DNA of 62,769 nucleotides, the filler included, from Choristocarpus tenellus KU-1152 (lineage: Eukaryota; Protista; Phaeophyceae), in assembly GCA_964200185.2 (NCBI GenBank). It is 9 parts of 9 records of this genome, joined end to end, with 100 filler letters (N's around TTAATTAATTAA, not from the genome) between each part and the next. Parts side by side here need not be neighbours in the genome. Positions count along the whole stretch, not along the records: positions 13,727 to 16,804 come from CAXNAD020022484.1; positions 16,905 to 20,225 come from CAXNAD020020818.1; positions 20,326 to 35,944 come from CAXNAD020000959.1; 6 more parts are not named here. One strand, given 5' to 3'. The notes under the pieces were generated by a model. It made no database searches. It was not told the origin of the DNA and saw only the letters and a program-made list of their open reading frames with translations. Numbering within the stretch: the first letter of the stretch is position 1; each line of letters starts with the position of its first letter. Positions 13,627-25,700 of this stretch are shown here, piece after piece. The position numbers were made by a program, and so were the translations under genes.

Positions 13627-13726
13627 NNNNNNNNNNNNNNNNNNNNNNNNNNNNNNNNNNNNNNNNNNNNTTAATTAATTAANNNNNNNNNNNNNNNNNN
13701 NNNNNNNNNNNNNNNNNNNNNNNNNN
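13627..13726. other. Artificial contig linker
   Basis: N44-TTAATTAATTAA-N44. Confidence 0.98.
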
Positions 13727-14149
13727 AATAAATAATAAACAAGCAATGAGAAGAGACCATACAGAGGTCACTCTTCCAATTACAACCATGTAATCACGTT
13801 CAGCAAAGGGGGTCGTGTGAGGCTTCACACCTTCTTCACTACTAACAAATAGCATTACCTCCCAAGGTAATTTGCACACCCCCAACCAACCAGAATTCTT
13901 CGGCCCACAAAACTCAGATCACTTCATAAACTTTCTCCTTCGTTGGCAGTGCAGAACAATTTAATATTAAAAATGCTTGGAGTACTCTGATCGTACTTTG
14001 ATTACTCCAAGTGTTGCTTGGTCATCTTTCAAATTCATTATTATAGTACCAGCTCATATTTGTCAGCTACAACGTTGTCATTGTTGCCATCTTCTACCAT
14101 GACTTCACATCGTAATCCTCCTGCAAAATCTTCTCATCTACTCCCCCCT

Positions 14150-14880
14150 AGACAGCATACATACGTTGGTCTCGCCAATTGTTTGTATCTTTCGGCTCAT
14201 GTAGAGCATTCATTAGGTTGATTGTCTCCCCCTAATGTATTTTCCTCTGTCTTGATGTATTTTGTCAACCCCCTCTTCTGGGCATGGGCCATCAGCTTGC
14301 CACAGTCTGCTGGTTTCCATCCACCCACAATCCATTCCCAGTTAGGGCCATCATACCACCCCACCCTTATCTGATCTCCTACTTGGCTATCGTTCTCCCC
14401 TTTGCATACCAAAAGCTAGTGTTCTCTTCCTATACGGCCAAAACAACTGTATCGGCTGAAACTTGGACAGATAAGGTGATGCCCAAAATCATGTCCCAGC
14501 CCTTCTTCCTCATGAACGACTCTGCCTGCTCAAGGAGCTTGTCTGGATAGTGACTCTGAAAAGCTCTCATCGTAGCGGCAAAACCTCCTCTTTACTCTGG
14601 CCGTTCCCATAACGAGAATTACCCTTTGGAAAGGTCCTCACAGTTGTCACTTCAAAATTGTGGTCTTTCCTTCCCCGCCTAATTTTGACTAGTTCAACCT
14701 TGTACATACGCAACAGCTCGGTGTTGTACCCCTTGGAGTTTGCCTCAGGAGACTTCACCTCCTTATCAAAACTACGGTGGTAAGATGCATTGTCAAGGCA
14801 GAATAGTCTTCTTCTCAGGGTACCTCAACATTAATTCGAGAGCAAGGTGTTTCATCGTCCACTTCATGAGCATAACATCG
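14150..14880 (-). pseudogene. Decayed IS630/Tc1-mariner-type transposase
   Basis: LFCLDNASYHRSF (DNAxxH catalytic Asp) and, after a frameshift, GWDMI...SPYLSKFQPIQLFW (PPYxPxxxPIE-W motif). Stops and frameshifts are present. Confidence 0.7.
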
Positions 14881-15839
14881 TCCATTGACACATGATAATC
14901 GTCTTTACTTGTTCTAGTCGACCACCACAATCCTGTTGTCGCAGTCTCAGCAAAATCTCGTTGTCGCAATATTGCAGCGAAGAACCCTTTTCTTCCTCGC
15001 TACAGTCGTCTGGGCATTTGCCTGGTCTTTCCTTGGCCTTCCCCTCTTGTTTTGCAGCGTCCCCACATCTACCAGGGTTTCTGTGCCTAACCATGATCTC
15101 TTCCTGTTATTTTCCGCCATCCTGGGGCTCCTTTGTTGGGGTGCTGGTAACTTGAGATTGGCTTTGAGTCAGGAAAATGCTCTGTTACAGTTGTTTGTCT
15201 ACTCCCATTCTCCCCAACCAAGTATGGTATTCTGTACTGTTCTTGTGCCATCTAGAAAATCCGAGACCGATTAGGACTTCCAAAAAGGCCCCTCAATATT
15301 TGAGCGGATGACAACAGCTGATATTTAGAGATAGAAGTCAAGTGTTACACTGACTTGAAGCTGAAATCTCGATTGGTTCTTCCCTCCAAAAATGTGGATC
15401 ATGAGGATCATGAGGATCCTCCAGCACATGAACGTATGTGTCTATGACTTTGTAGAATACCCTACATTCTACTTGGAGGCAGCATTAGATACAGACTATC
15501 ATGTCTTTGTCATCGTTGTCAGAATTGCTCACGAGGCTGGCATTGTTGCTCTTGCTGTATGACCCCATCCTGATGAGACATCATTGTCATCCCACTTTGC
15601 GCCCTCAATAGCTTGTGCCTTTTCATCCTTCATGTGCTCCCAATGCATCGATTAAGGTTGACAAGCACATACACAGTACTTGCCATGGTATTTCGGCACA
15701 TATGTGAGTGCTTGCCTCCTATGACTCCTTTGTACATACTCTAATAGTTGCACTCGAAGGCAGCAGCAGCTACCAGCATTTAGAGTACATATAGGGCCGC
15801 AGTAGCCAACCCCTACTGCCACTCCTTGCCAAGGGTGTT

Positions 15840-16620
15840 CCACTATATGCCCCTGTCACGTTCTACACCAAATCCAGTTGATTACTACCCTTAAAAGAAT
15901 CACCCTTGTACATTGAAGCTGCATCATGCACTTGCCTCCAGGCCCCCTCCATGCATATTCATAGCATTTGTTCTGGATATCAAACAGCAGAACATCTGAC
16001 CACTTTTCCACCTCAACCAAGTGTAAGCCCTTCTTGATGTTCGTAACCTCCTGGTAGAGGCGGGTGGTGGACAAAGTGGTCCGGTGTTCTGCTATCCAGC
16101 AAGGGTCTTTGTTCGCAACTCTCGAGAAATTCTCAACAACAAATTATTATTGCTGGCTCTAATACATTGCCCAGTGTCATACACCCATTGTCATAGGCCT
16201 GGTCCACAAGCTTTTCTTGTCTCTTTCTCCTGTATATCAAGCAACCTCATTTGCAGAAATGAACATTCTCTTACTCAATGGTCTGCCTTTCGTGGTGGGC
16301 ACCCCTAGCCTCCATACCGTCCCAATACTTCATGGCCACCTCCATTGTGTCTCGATGAGGAATTAGCAAGTTCTAACACCATGATCGATTTTGGCAAAAC
16401 ATACTTCACTCGATCCATACACATCTTGAAGGAGAGGTTGCAGAAGGAGCATGTCCCTGTGCACCCAGTGGCAGTTCCTGCCTGAACAGGTGTGATGTCC
16501 AAGAACTGAGCGAGCTCCTTGCTCAGGAGGATCTGGCTTTGGGTTCATGCAACCCATTTCACACCAATGATGCCCTCAGGAATTGATAAGCACTGCTTGA
16601 TCATTGCCACAATGTGACCC
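15840..16620 (-). pseudogene. Decayed pogo/Tigger-like (DDE_1) transposase fragment
   Basis: ITPVQAGTATGCT / LLQPLLQDVYGS resembles the PxGxTxxLQPLDxxV motif, but the region is heavily disrupted. Confidence 0.4.
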
Positions 16621-16774
16621 TGAGGCTTAGAGGTTACAGGTTCACAGTTGGTTTCTCACTTTGGCATGTGGTGTTGGTGTGGACTGGTGGATTGGTGGAG
16701 TGGACAAGACCATACACGATACCAAATATGTACATGGGTTTCCACATGTATGGGAAGGCGATCTTCGCAGTTGA

Positions 16775-16804
16775 GGGTCAAAGTATCTGGGAGGGGGGTG
16801 TCGG
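16775..16804. mobile_element. MITE family B terminus (contig end)
   Basis: gggtcaaagtatctgggagggg. Confidence 0.7.
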
Positions 16805-16904
16805 NNNNNNNNNNNNNNNNNNNNNNNNNNNNNNNNNNNNNNNNNNNNTTAATTAATTAANNNNNNNNNNNNNNNNNNNNNNNNNNNNNNNNNNNNNNNN
16901 NNNN
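16805..16904. other. Artificial contig linker
   Basis: N44-TTAATTAATTAA-N44. Confidence 0.98.
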
Positions 16905-17375
16905 GGGGGGGGGGCGGGGGGGGTGGTGGGGGGGGGGGGGGGGGGGGGGGGGGGTGGAGTTGGGGGTCACAAAAAAGTGGTTTGACTGTTGGAAATCTGT
17001 GTGTTTGTGCGGAGGAAAGGACTCAAAAACAGTGAAAGTCCTTCTTAGAAGCAACGTAAGTACGATTGCGTGTCCATTCTGAGGTCTCATATGAGCTTGA
17101 GAGGGGAATTAGTTCCATGTCACCACCTGTAAATCAAGGTTTGGTAGCTTCACACACTACAGGGCACTCTGCTACTAGTGATACTGCGTGGTAGGCAGAT
17201 CATTACACTTCGTGGGAAGATTTTGTATGTTAGTAATTCAAAAGACGTCACCATAATGTGGATCGATTTGACTGCCGACGAGGTCATGTTGGCAATCTAC
17301 TCTGAAGAAATCTGAGGTTTCGAAAGGGACAGAGTTCATTCCTATCGTATGCAATCGCAATGAATAACATCTTAC

Positions 17376-18103
17376 CAAGAATGGGTACTAGTACTTCTTG
17401 TGACGGCCGAAGGAGTTGCAGCACCCCCCAACCCTCCCGAACGAAATTGTCATAGGTTAATGTGCCCTGAACAGATCAGTTGTTTGCGAGATTATGTCAG
17501 GTCAAGATGAGTTCATCGTGGATTCCTAAACAACCCCAAAAATACTCTCAAGACAGGACCGCACGTTGGCCTTCCTCTTGCTACGAGGGCTGCAATGCCC
17601 TACCCTAAAAAGGTGGAGCCTATGCGCCAACTCTTACTTTACTCTCATCCTTTTGATCACCAACTGCGCGCACCTTGTAGAGTGAAACAACCCAAAGAAT
17701 CTCTGGCTCAATGCTGACTGGAGTTGTGAAGGTCACGATATTCATATTGGTCGTACCCGCCTCGTTCATTGTGGCCAAGCTAAACACTGGGACACTAAGC
17801 TGTGGCAGCATACAGGCGAGCAGATTGTTGTCTGTGCTAAGATGATTTTAACGAGACGGCATGCATTTCAGTAGATGAGAAAGAGTCTAACTTGAAACGA
17901 GTGCTGACCTTGGGTGGGCTGGAAAGCTTTGAGATCTCAAACTTGACAGGTTGATTGGCATGAAAGGGTGGTAACTCCATTGTCAATTTATCTCTATTCC
18001 AACATCGGTGAGAACTGGCACCATGCAGGTGACCCAGTGAGATAAGAGCATTGCTAAGGTGAATAACTTGAAAGACAAGTAGGCAAGTTGTTATAAACCT
18101 CAT
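17376..18103 (-). CDS. Flavin-reductase-like FMN-binding split-barrel protein with N-terminal signal peptide; 3'-incomplete; exons 18103-17909, 17799-17674, 17466-17376
   Basis: LSVPVFSLATMNEAGTTNMNIVTFTTPVSIEPEILWVVSLYK|GTLTYDNFVREGWGVLQLL...VPILG, with hydrophobic leader MRFITTCLLVFQVIHLSNA. Confidence 0.8.
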
Positions 18104-18394
18104 TGTGATCACGGTCATGACGAGGTAGGAGGCATTGGGCAGAGAACAGGACAGATATGTGTTTGTCATGAAAGAGCGAGTTCTCGTAACCTTTCATATT
18201 CTTTTTGTTTAGTCGCAATCACAAACATTTCGATAGAGCCAGTTTTGCCACATGTAATTCTGCCCTAACCCTCAATTGCGTGTCACAACGCTATGTACAG
18301 TCATTGTGGTCACAGCTCAGGTTGACTTCTGAGTTATACTCACCATCCCCATTGTGCACCAGACTCGCACAGTTGCCACAAACCCATAGTCGTG
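18104..18394. promoter_or_regulatory. Putative bidirectional promoter (flavin-reductase-like gene / THF1)
   Basis: Divergent ATGs 291 bp apart within one contig. Confidence 0.55.
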
Positions 18395-20225
18395 ATGAAG
18401 TCCACAACATTCCTCTGTCTATCTGGCCTGGCTTCATCAGCAGTTGCCTTCTCCCCCCCAACTATCCGTCAGCCTCGACTTTCGTCCACATGGACTGGTC
18501 AAACCCCTCCCGCATGGTACGCATCTTGCAAAGTTTGGATTGGGCGCAAGGAATGGATGAATGCCACGATTTCCTCTGAAGAAGCTGTGTCGCTATTCCA
18601 TGATGCCATATCTCATCCACCTTGATCCTGTCTGCATAGTAACAATTTCCTGTTCCCCCCCATCCCAGTTCTGGTGCCCTTTCGCAAGGAACCTCTGCTA
18701 CTTGGAGACGCCTTGATGCCACGGCAACAACGGTGAGAGGAAGTTTTTCATTCCCGACTATCAGTGATATAGTTTACGAAACTGTATAGGTCGAACATAA
18801 TGGTGGCATGTCTAGGTTACACAAGGTCCATCATGTCGTCATCCATCATGTCATATTTCCCCTCTATTCACTATGCGATGTTGTCAGTAGCTGAAACAGG
18901 TATGCAAACTCCGTAACACCAGAATACTCTATGCTCTATGGTAATCTTGACCCTCTGCTCTGTGTCCCCTGCTCTGTGTCCCCTTTTTTATTGCTCTTGA
19001 CCTCGGCGATGCCCAGGACATGGACCCTATGGAGGCGATGGAGTCGTCCATCCCTGACACCCCCATGACGCGCAAGTTCGGCCACCTGAGGGGTGTAGAG
19101 GTGCCCACTGTGGACCAGACTGTCAAATCCTTCTACGACAAGGTGACACCTCCTTCGTTGTTGACTGGAGTAGAAAATAAAAGAAGTCAGGGATTTCGTC
19201 TCGGTACATATTGCAGTCAGAAAAGACGTGACCACTGTATTGCTTCTGCATTGTAGGGAATGTTTTCTTCGTCGCCTTTGCTATATCCATACAAATTTCA
19301 CAGTATGAAACATAGCTCTGTCCACATGAGCATGCACAAACTCTCTGCCTGCTCCTTTTGTGGGTTTCCATTGGCAGTACAAGAGGGTTATTCTTCCCCA
19401 GTTCCGGACCATCGTCACCGAGTTTCTGATGAGTACCCATCTCATTGTGTACGATGCTCGCTTCAAATATGATGCGCTCTTTGGGGCAGGGTTTTACTCC
19501 AGCTTCATGAGGTGAGTTTACCTTTTATTGTGGAAGATCGTGGTGGGTGATTGAGAGGAGAGGGTGGGGTGCTCTCCAAGATAACGTTTTCTGCATGCCT
19601 TGTGAAATACATTCTCCCATTCTGGGCCAATTGTCCACGTAGGTTATGACGAGCCAGATAATGGACTACAATAGAAAGTGTTTATACATGGACCTCTGTA
19701 GTGCGGTGTTTACAAATTCTGATTACCCTTCTGAAGATATAATTTTAGTAACCAAACGTTAAAAGGGTTGTGGGGTGGTCACTATATTGTCTGCACTGAT
19801 GTACATTGATTGTTATGCTTATAGTGACAAAGGAAAGCCCTATGTGAACCCCTTGCATGCATGCATATAACCATTGGTTATCATGTCAACAGAGAAAGGT
19901 TCGGGGCGTTGCAAGCCAAAGATAACTCATCAGCTCAATTTGTTGTGGTTATTGCTGAGTACATGTGTTACAGTTAGCAATAATATTTGTGTCAACCTGT
20001 TGGCAACGCCCCTCCCATGCTCTCGCTCCCACCCCGGCCTCTCTTCTCAAGGTTCATGAGGTCGTACCCAGCACCAGGGCAAAAGGAGTTGATCTTTGCA
20101 GCCATGTCAGATGCACTTGGATTGGACAGCAAGCAGATGGAAATAGATGCCAAGAGGGTTGAGGAGTGGGGGGAGGGTAAGACTGAGGAGGATGTCATCA
20201 AGGCGTTGAAGGGGGAGGGGGAGAG
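18395..20225 (+). CDS. THF1: Thylakoid formation protein THF1/Psb29, plastid-targeted, 3'-truncated; exons 18395-18516, 18669-18732, 19017-19142, 19378-19511, 20052-20225
   Basis: Signal peptide MKSTTFLCLSGLASSAVA-F (ASAFAP-type). Core PTVDQTVKSFYDK|YKRVILPQFRTIVTEFLMSTHLIVYDARFKYDALFGAGFYSSFMR|FMRSYP...IFAAMSDALGLDSKQMEIDAKRVEEW. Confidence 0.93.
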
Positions 20226-20325
20226 NNNNNNNNNNNNNNNNNNNNNNNNNNNNNNNNNNNNNNNNNNNNTTAATTAATTAANNNNNNNNNNNNNNNNNNN
20301 NNNNNNNNNNNNNNNNNNNNNNNNN
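20226..20325. other. Artificial contig linker
   Basis: N44-TTAATTAATTAA-N44. Confidence 0.98.
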
Positions 20326-20408
20326 TAATGTAAAATCACTTTTCCCGATTTTGGTCCAAAATAGACACCCTGGTTTAGACCCCACCCCCCTCCCAGATAC
20401 TTTGTGTC
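20326..20408. mobile_element. MITE family B, partial (contig start)
   Basis: ...ggtccaaaatagacaccctggtttagacccc...ccagatactttgtgtc. Confidence 0.8.
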
Positions 20409-22774
20409 TGGATTCGGTGTTAGAGGCAGAACTAGAGGATTATTATCTGCAGAGATCAATTGTTGCACAACCCACTGGTCCGTTACCTGGAAATCTGTGC
20501 CGAGGAAGATTCCTGACGATTTTTAGAGAATTTCCTCCCATCCTCTATACGAAAAACTCATTGAAGGAATGAGGGTCTTCGTCACGAAATGGTGGTAAAA
20601 GGTGTTCAGTTCGCTTGTTTTCCTTGAATTCCTCCTCCATGAAGATTCAAGAATGGTTCTCAGTGGAGTGGAAATTGGGGTTTTGTCTCCTTGATCGACC
20701 ATATGCCAACTGGAATGATGCGGCACATGTACACAGGGCAGGTATATGGTGTTCAAAGAATGGGCAACGTGTTTCAGCACACTCCAAACAGCTTACCTCC
20801 ACAGGATGTATAGCTCCAATCCACAGGCCTATAGATGGTGCTGATGCTCGTACAAACCTCCCAGGATACTACGGCACAGTCAAAAGGTTCAACGAGGATA
20901 ATGAATATCAGGTCAGCAGATAAAGTGCACCTTCTGAATCAATAGCCACTTAGATAAAAAATATGGTGTCAGTCAAAATCAGAAAGTGAGGTATGGGGTC
21001 ACTGTTTTGCATCATCCACCGTTTCCTTTATACTTTAGCTTACAGACGTCAAAATACATCTGCAAACCGTTGCATACATTCCCAACTTATAGTAAATCGG
21101 AGTTCCCCCTTAAGGGGTTCCCTACGCGTGCATGCTGCTCGCGCTTATTAGAGCGCGGGAAGAAATACTTGTACTATTTGCCTGTAACAAATGTACTAAA
21201 GTATTCTCCCACTTCAGAACTGCTGCATGGTCGTCGCCACCGTGAAACAGGTGGAAACCGACAGACAGATGTTTCAGACTGAAGGGAAGGGGAAAGACCA
21301 ACAGGAGGAACACAAGGGAGATAGACAGGGCAGGAGGCTCAGCAACCTTAAGCAATGTCACTAAAGAAACGAGTGAACAAGGAAAGTAAGTGAGAGGGGT
21401 TTGTAAACTATGTTCAACAACCCATATTGACGTCATCACCAAGCAATCTTGATGTCGTGTCTTCTACATGGAACCCTTGGTACCACACAGGTTGAACTGT
21501 AATATGAATTTGGTACGTCTTCTTCAAGTCAGAAGAGTGCCCAAAGCCACTTCGATCTTGTTTTGTGCAACAAAATAAAGAAATGATTCTAGTGAATAAC
21601 AGAGGACAAAATGTTGTTCAAGGCAGAGAAGTGAAATGTGATAACAACAGTGCTCAACCAAGAAGATGGAGTCCTTGCGTTTTACCATCCTGTCCAAGTG
21701 ACTCCAACATGATAATATCAAGAATGTGACTTCATTATCTTTTTTTGGTGTGCCTGTTAACCCCAGGTGATACAAGCCTGAATGAAGCAAAGCTTCAAAC
21801 GGAGAAAAAGACAGGCTCTCTCTTCAACTAAAATAATCATATGAAAAGGATGGGCAAATCGAACAATCTTTAATCTTCCACGACTTCTCCACATAAGGGG
21901 GCATTTTTCTTGAACACAACTTCAATAATTTCTCAAAACCAACTCTACACCTTTCATCCCTCTGTGGTGTGGCAAGAATGTTGAAATCGAAGGATGAGGG
22001 AAACAGAAGTGAATATCAATAGTTTGTTCTTGAAGTATCAAGCAATGACAACAAAATTGTGTTTAATTAGACCATGTCCTCATAACAGTCGTAAGGCCAA
22101 GCTCATCACACATATATCCACACGAAGTAAGGTCAAGGGATATTATTCATTAGTTTGATCTTCTCAAACCTGTTAACAGAGGATGTAAACTAGACAAGAA
22201 AAATATAAGAGCAGTGTGGTAGAATATATCGAAGAGGAAATCTGGCAGGGACCGGACCTAGTAATAATGAAGGTTCAATGATGTGTATCTACTTGTTCTA
22301 GGAAAATGCCACGGCAGCACCCAGGTCCAATTCCCAGAAAAAAACTGGGTTCTAAGTATCCCCCATCAACTATTTAGAATACAAGTGTAAACGACAACAA
22401 TAAACAATAAAATGAGTAAGTCGTAAGCACCCACATTTCTATATAATGATAACACACTCTACCACCAATATTATTAATGTGTGCTCATAACAATTTTTGT
22501 GTTACACTGATCTCCCAACAACATGAACGTATTTCACCACTCCGAACACAAAAAACACACTCGGACGCCCACCTTCCAAAGGAAGGACCCTTTGAAGGTA
22601 TACCTTGGCGGGGAGGTGATTGTCACTTTCATAACCTTGTTCATGTGACATATTATTTACTCGTTTGATCGTTATTCACAGTGTGCAGACCCATACTTTA
22701 TCACTGTCACGTACAGTTCCCTCTTCGGGGTGATTTTCGATCATTGACGTCCAGGAATCACTCGGAGCACAAGG

Positions 22775-25700
22775 ATGAAAAAGTGGGAATCGATCATAGC
22801 CATGATCTGTTGCTCTGCCCTATCAGTCGATTGTGCAGGTTTGGGAGGAAGCGTAGCTGGTCTGGTTCTTGGAGTTTTTCTTGGCCGGTTTTCTCGGCAC
22901 AGTGACAAAGTAGAACCAAGTACTACGGCGAATGTGAAGCATTCGACTCAGGTGGGCTTTTATGAGGTCCTTGAAATTCGAAGAACCTCCCCAAGTTGAT
23001 GGATTCATTTTTTGGTCTTCTGAATGTTGTGTGTTTGGATGCGGTTGCGTGAGGTGTCAACAGGACTGCAGTCAGGTCAAGCAATAGGACTATTCTGTGG
23101 CGTTTGCTTTTTGCAGCACTATGATATCGCCTGTCCTTTGAACTAGCTATCCGCTTAAGCAAGTGTCTTCATGCGGACTCATCATCCAGGATCAACACCT
23201 ATTTCAGTCTGAGGGTTGGGAGGAGAGAAGGTCATACGCAGACTGGGAACCATTCCGGGAGCTGGGGAAAGACATGATCGATTACATCGTGAACTACTAT
23301 AAGGGAGTTGAGGCCCGCCCCGTGCGCGCCCAGGTGCAACCTGGGTACTTGAAGGTCAGATTGAACGTGTTCTGGTCTTTCTTTCTCTGCATGTCGATGT
23401 TTTACTCTCGTTCAAATTGCGTATCTCTATAACTCACATTTTTCCAACTGCACCGTGCAGACTCTACTACCGTCGAACAAGATCAGTGCCGTGGGGGAGA
23501 GGTGGAGTGACATTATGGTCGACGTGGAAACGAAGATCATGCCTGGGATGACACACTGGCAACACCCTCGGTTCTTTGCCTACTTTCCGGCAAACTCCTC
23601 ACCACCAGCTATCCTTGGCGAACTGGTAGCTAGTATGTTCAATGTGATTGGCTTCTCATGGGAAGCCAGTCCGGCAGCGACCGAGCTGGAGACGATTGTC
23701 ATGGGTGAGACGGAAATATTTGACAACGAAACCTTCCCTTAACTCCTCAGCTTGCAGGGGCAATGGCCTTGTGTTTCTCCTCTCTCATTACCCTTTCTGA
23801 TCGTTCCTAGATGGGATCTAGCACCAATTCTTTTATTTTTTCTCCACGTTATAAGGCTAGTATTGTGGTCAACACGTAATACTCCAGTCAAAACTTCCCA
23901 CCAATAATAGCTTGCTATCTATTATTGAGTCCAGTTACTGTGCCTCTCCTCTTTTCAACTCATTCACAACCCTATAGTACTTGACACCACGTTTTTACTT
24001 GAGTGGTTAGAGATTCCCCACAGGTTTACCCCACCCCTTCATTTACTTTTTGAATGAACCGTTGTTCAGACCTCCTTGCCAGAGAAATGGGGCTCCCATC
24101 ATATTTCCTGTCTGAAGGAGGGGGTGGAGGGGTTATTCAGGGCTCAGCCAGTGAGGCTACATTGGTAGCCATGCTGGCTGCCCGGACTCGAGCCCTGAAG
24201 CGCCTCCGTCAAGAAAGTCCAGACGCCAGTGATCAGGAGATTTTTGGCAGGATGACTGTGTATGCCTCAGATCAGGTTGGTAAAATATTTGGTGTGCCAA
24301 GTACTGAAAGAGGTCGGTATGTGCCAGGAGGTATTCATATTTGGGGGGGGTCATCGAGTGTAGTAAATGTCACTGTACAATAAGAAACAGTTTGAAAAAC
24401 TTGAGCATACCACAAGGTGTTTTTTTGCTTGCTGCCTGTGTCATCAAACAACTCCCTCTATTCTAGTGTTGATGTAGCAGCCCCAATCATGTCTTTTTTG
24501 GCCGCAAGGTAGTGGAGGGAAGCTACCTACACTGATACCACAGCATCCCCTTGTCTCAAAACCTCAGCTTTCATTTCCTCAATTTTCCTTGCCAACCCTC
24601 TTATCCACACACTATACCAACCCTTTGATCCATACCTTTGTTCATGGTGGACAATGCAATCCTCTTCTGTCATTGTGATCAGGCCCATTCATCAGTAAAG
24701 AAGGCAGCCCTCATTGCAGGTATCCAGTTTAGAACAGTGCCAACTTCAGCAATGAAAAACTTTGCCATGAGCTCAGCTGAACTGGAGCTAGCCATGGCAG
24801 AGGATCGTTCAAAAGGGTTCACACCAATTTTTGTGTGCTTCAATGTAGGATCTACGAACACCTGTGCGGTAGATCCTGTTCGGGCTCTGAGTGAAACATG
24901 TCGCAGGTGTGTGCTGAAGATGGAACGAAGGATTGGACTGCCTGTTGCCTATATTTATATTTTTCAAGGGTTATACTCCGTCAAGGGGCCAACAACCATG
25001 GTGGAAAGAAGCAACAACAGTTTTCCAAAAATAAATTGCTTAGTGCTAGGTGTGTGTTTCCTCTTTATTTCTGCGTTGTTGCTATAGTTGGTTGTAATGT
25101 TCCTTGCTCCTATTTGGTTCCTCAGTGTCATCTACAAAAAACTACTTGGATTAGAACTATCTCAAGAAAAACCCTGAGCCTAGAAGTTTATTGTTCTATT
25201 TTGTTACATAACAAGTACAACTTAACTGCTTGGATTGATTAAGTTTTTGACTGTGCTGTGTTTGGTGTCACTGCAGGCCCATGCTTCCTGCAGCAAGTGG
25301 GCAGAGCAAGGAAGCAAGCTTACACTGGTACAGTCACCTGTCCAACTCCCTTCACCACCTGCATCTCGTGCCATTCTCCCCACCTGTATGCATGCTACTT
25401 TCTGGAGCATAGCTGTGAACACAGGGGCTGTGAAACCATGGTGCCATGGCTGCACGTGGATGCTGCTTATGCTGGTGCTGCTGCCATCTGCCCAGAGAAC
25501 AGATGGATTCTGGATGGACTGGAGTTTATTGATAGCTTCAACTTTAACTTGCACAAGTGGTGAGCCACATGTAAGCACAGTTGAAGATTTTCATGTATAT
25601 ACTGCAAGGCGATCTGTATTCTCCAGTAACACAGTGTGGCTAATGTAAGCAGGATGGCTGGCAATTGCCGCATCAAATCAGGATGGTGAAAATGTAGTGT

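Noticed and set aside
13727-16804. Fanzor/TnpB passenger next to the Tc1-like transposase
   Set aside because: I found no RuvC (DPG, E, RDxNA) or zinc-ribbon motifs. The neighbouring relic looks pogo-like.
19504-20062. TTCATGAGGT direct repeat on both sides of a THF1 intron (intron-gain TSD?)
   Set aside because: The spliced FMRFMRSYP has the normal THF1 length, so the repeat is explained by the coding sequence.
20410-22300. Short ORFs upstream of the decarboxylase as a biosynthetic cluster
   Set aside because: Fragmentary, stop-ridden frames with no enzyme motifs.
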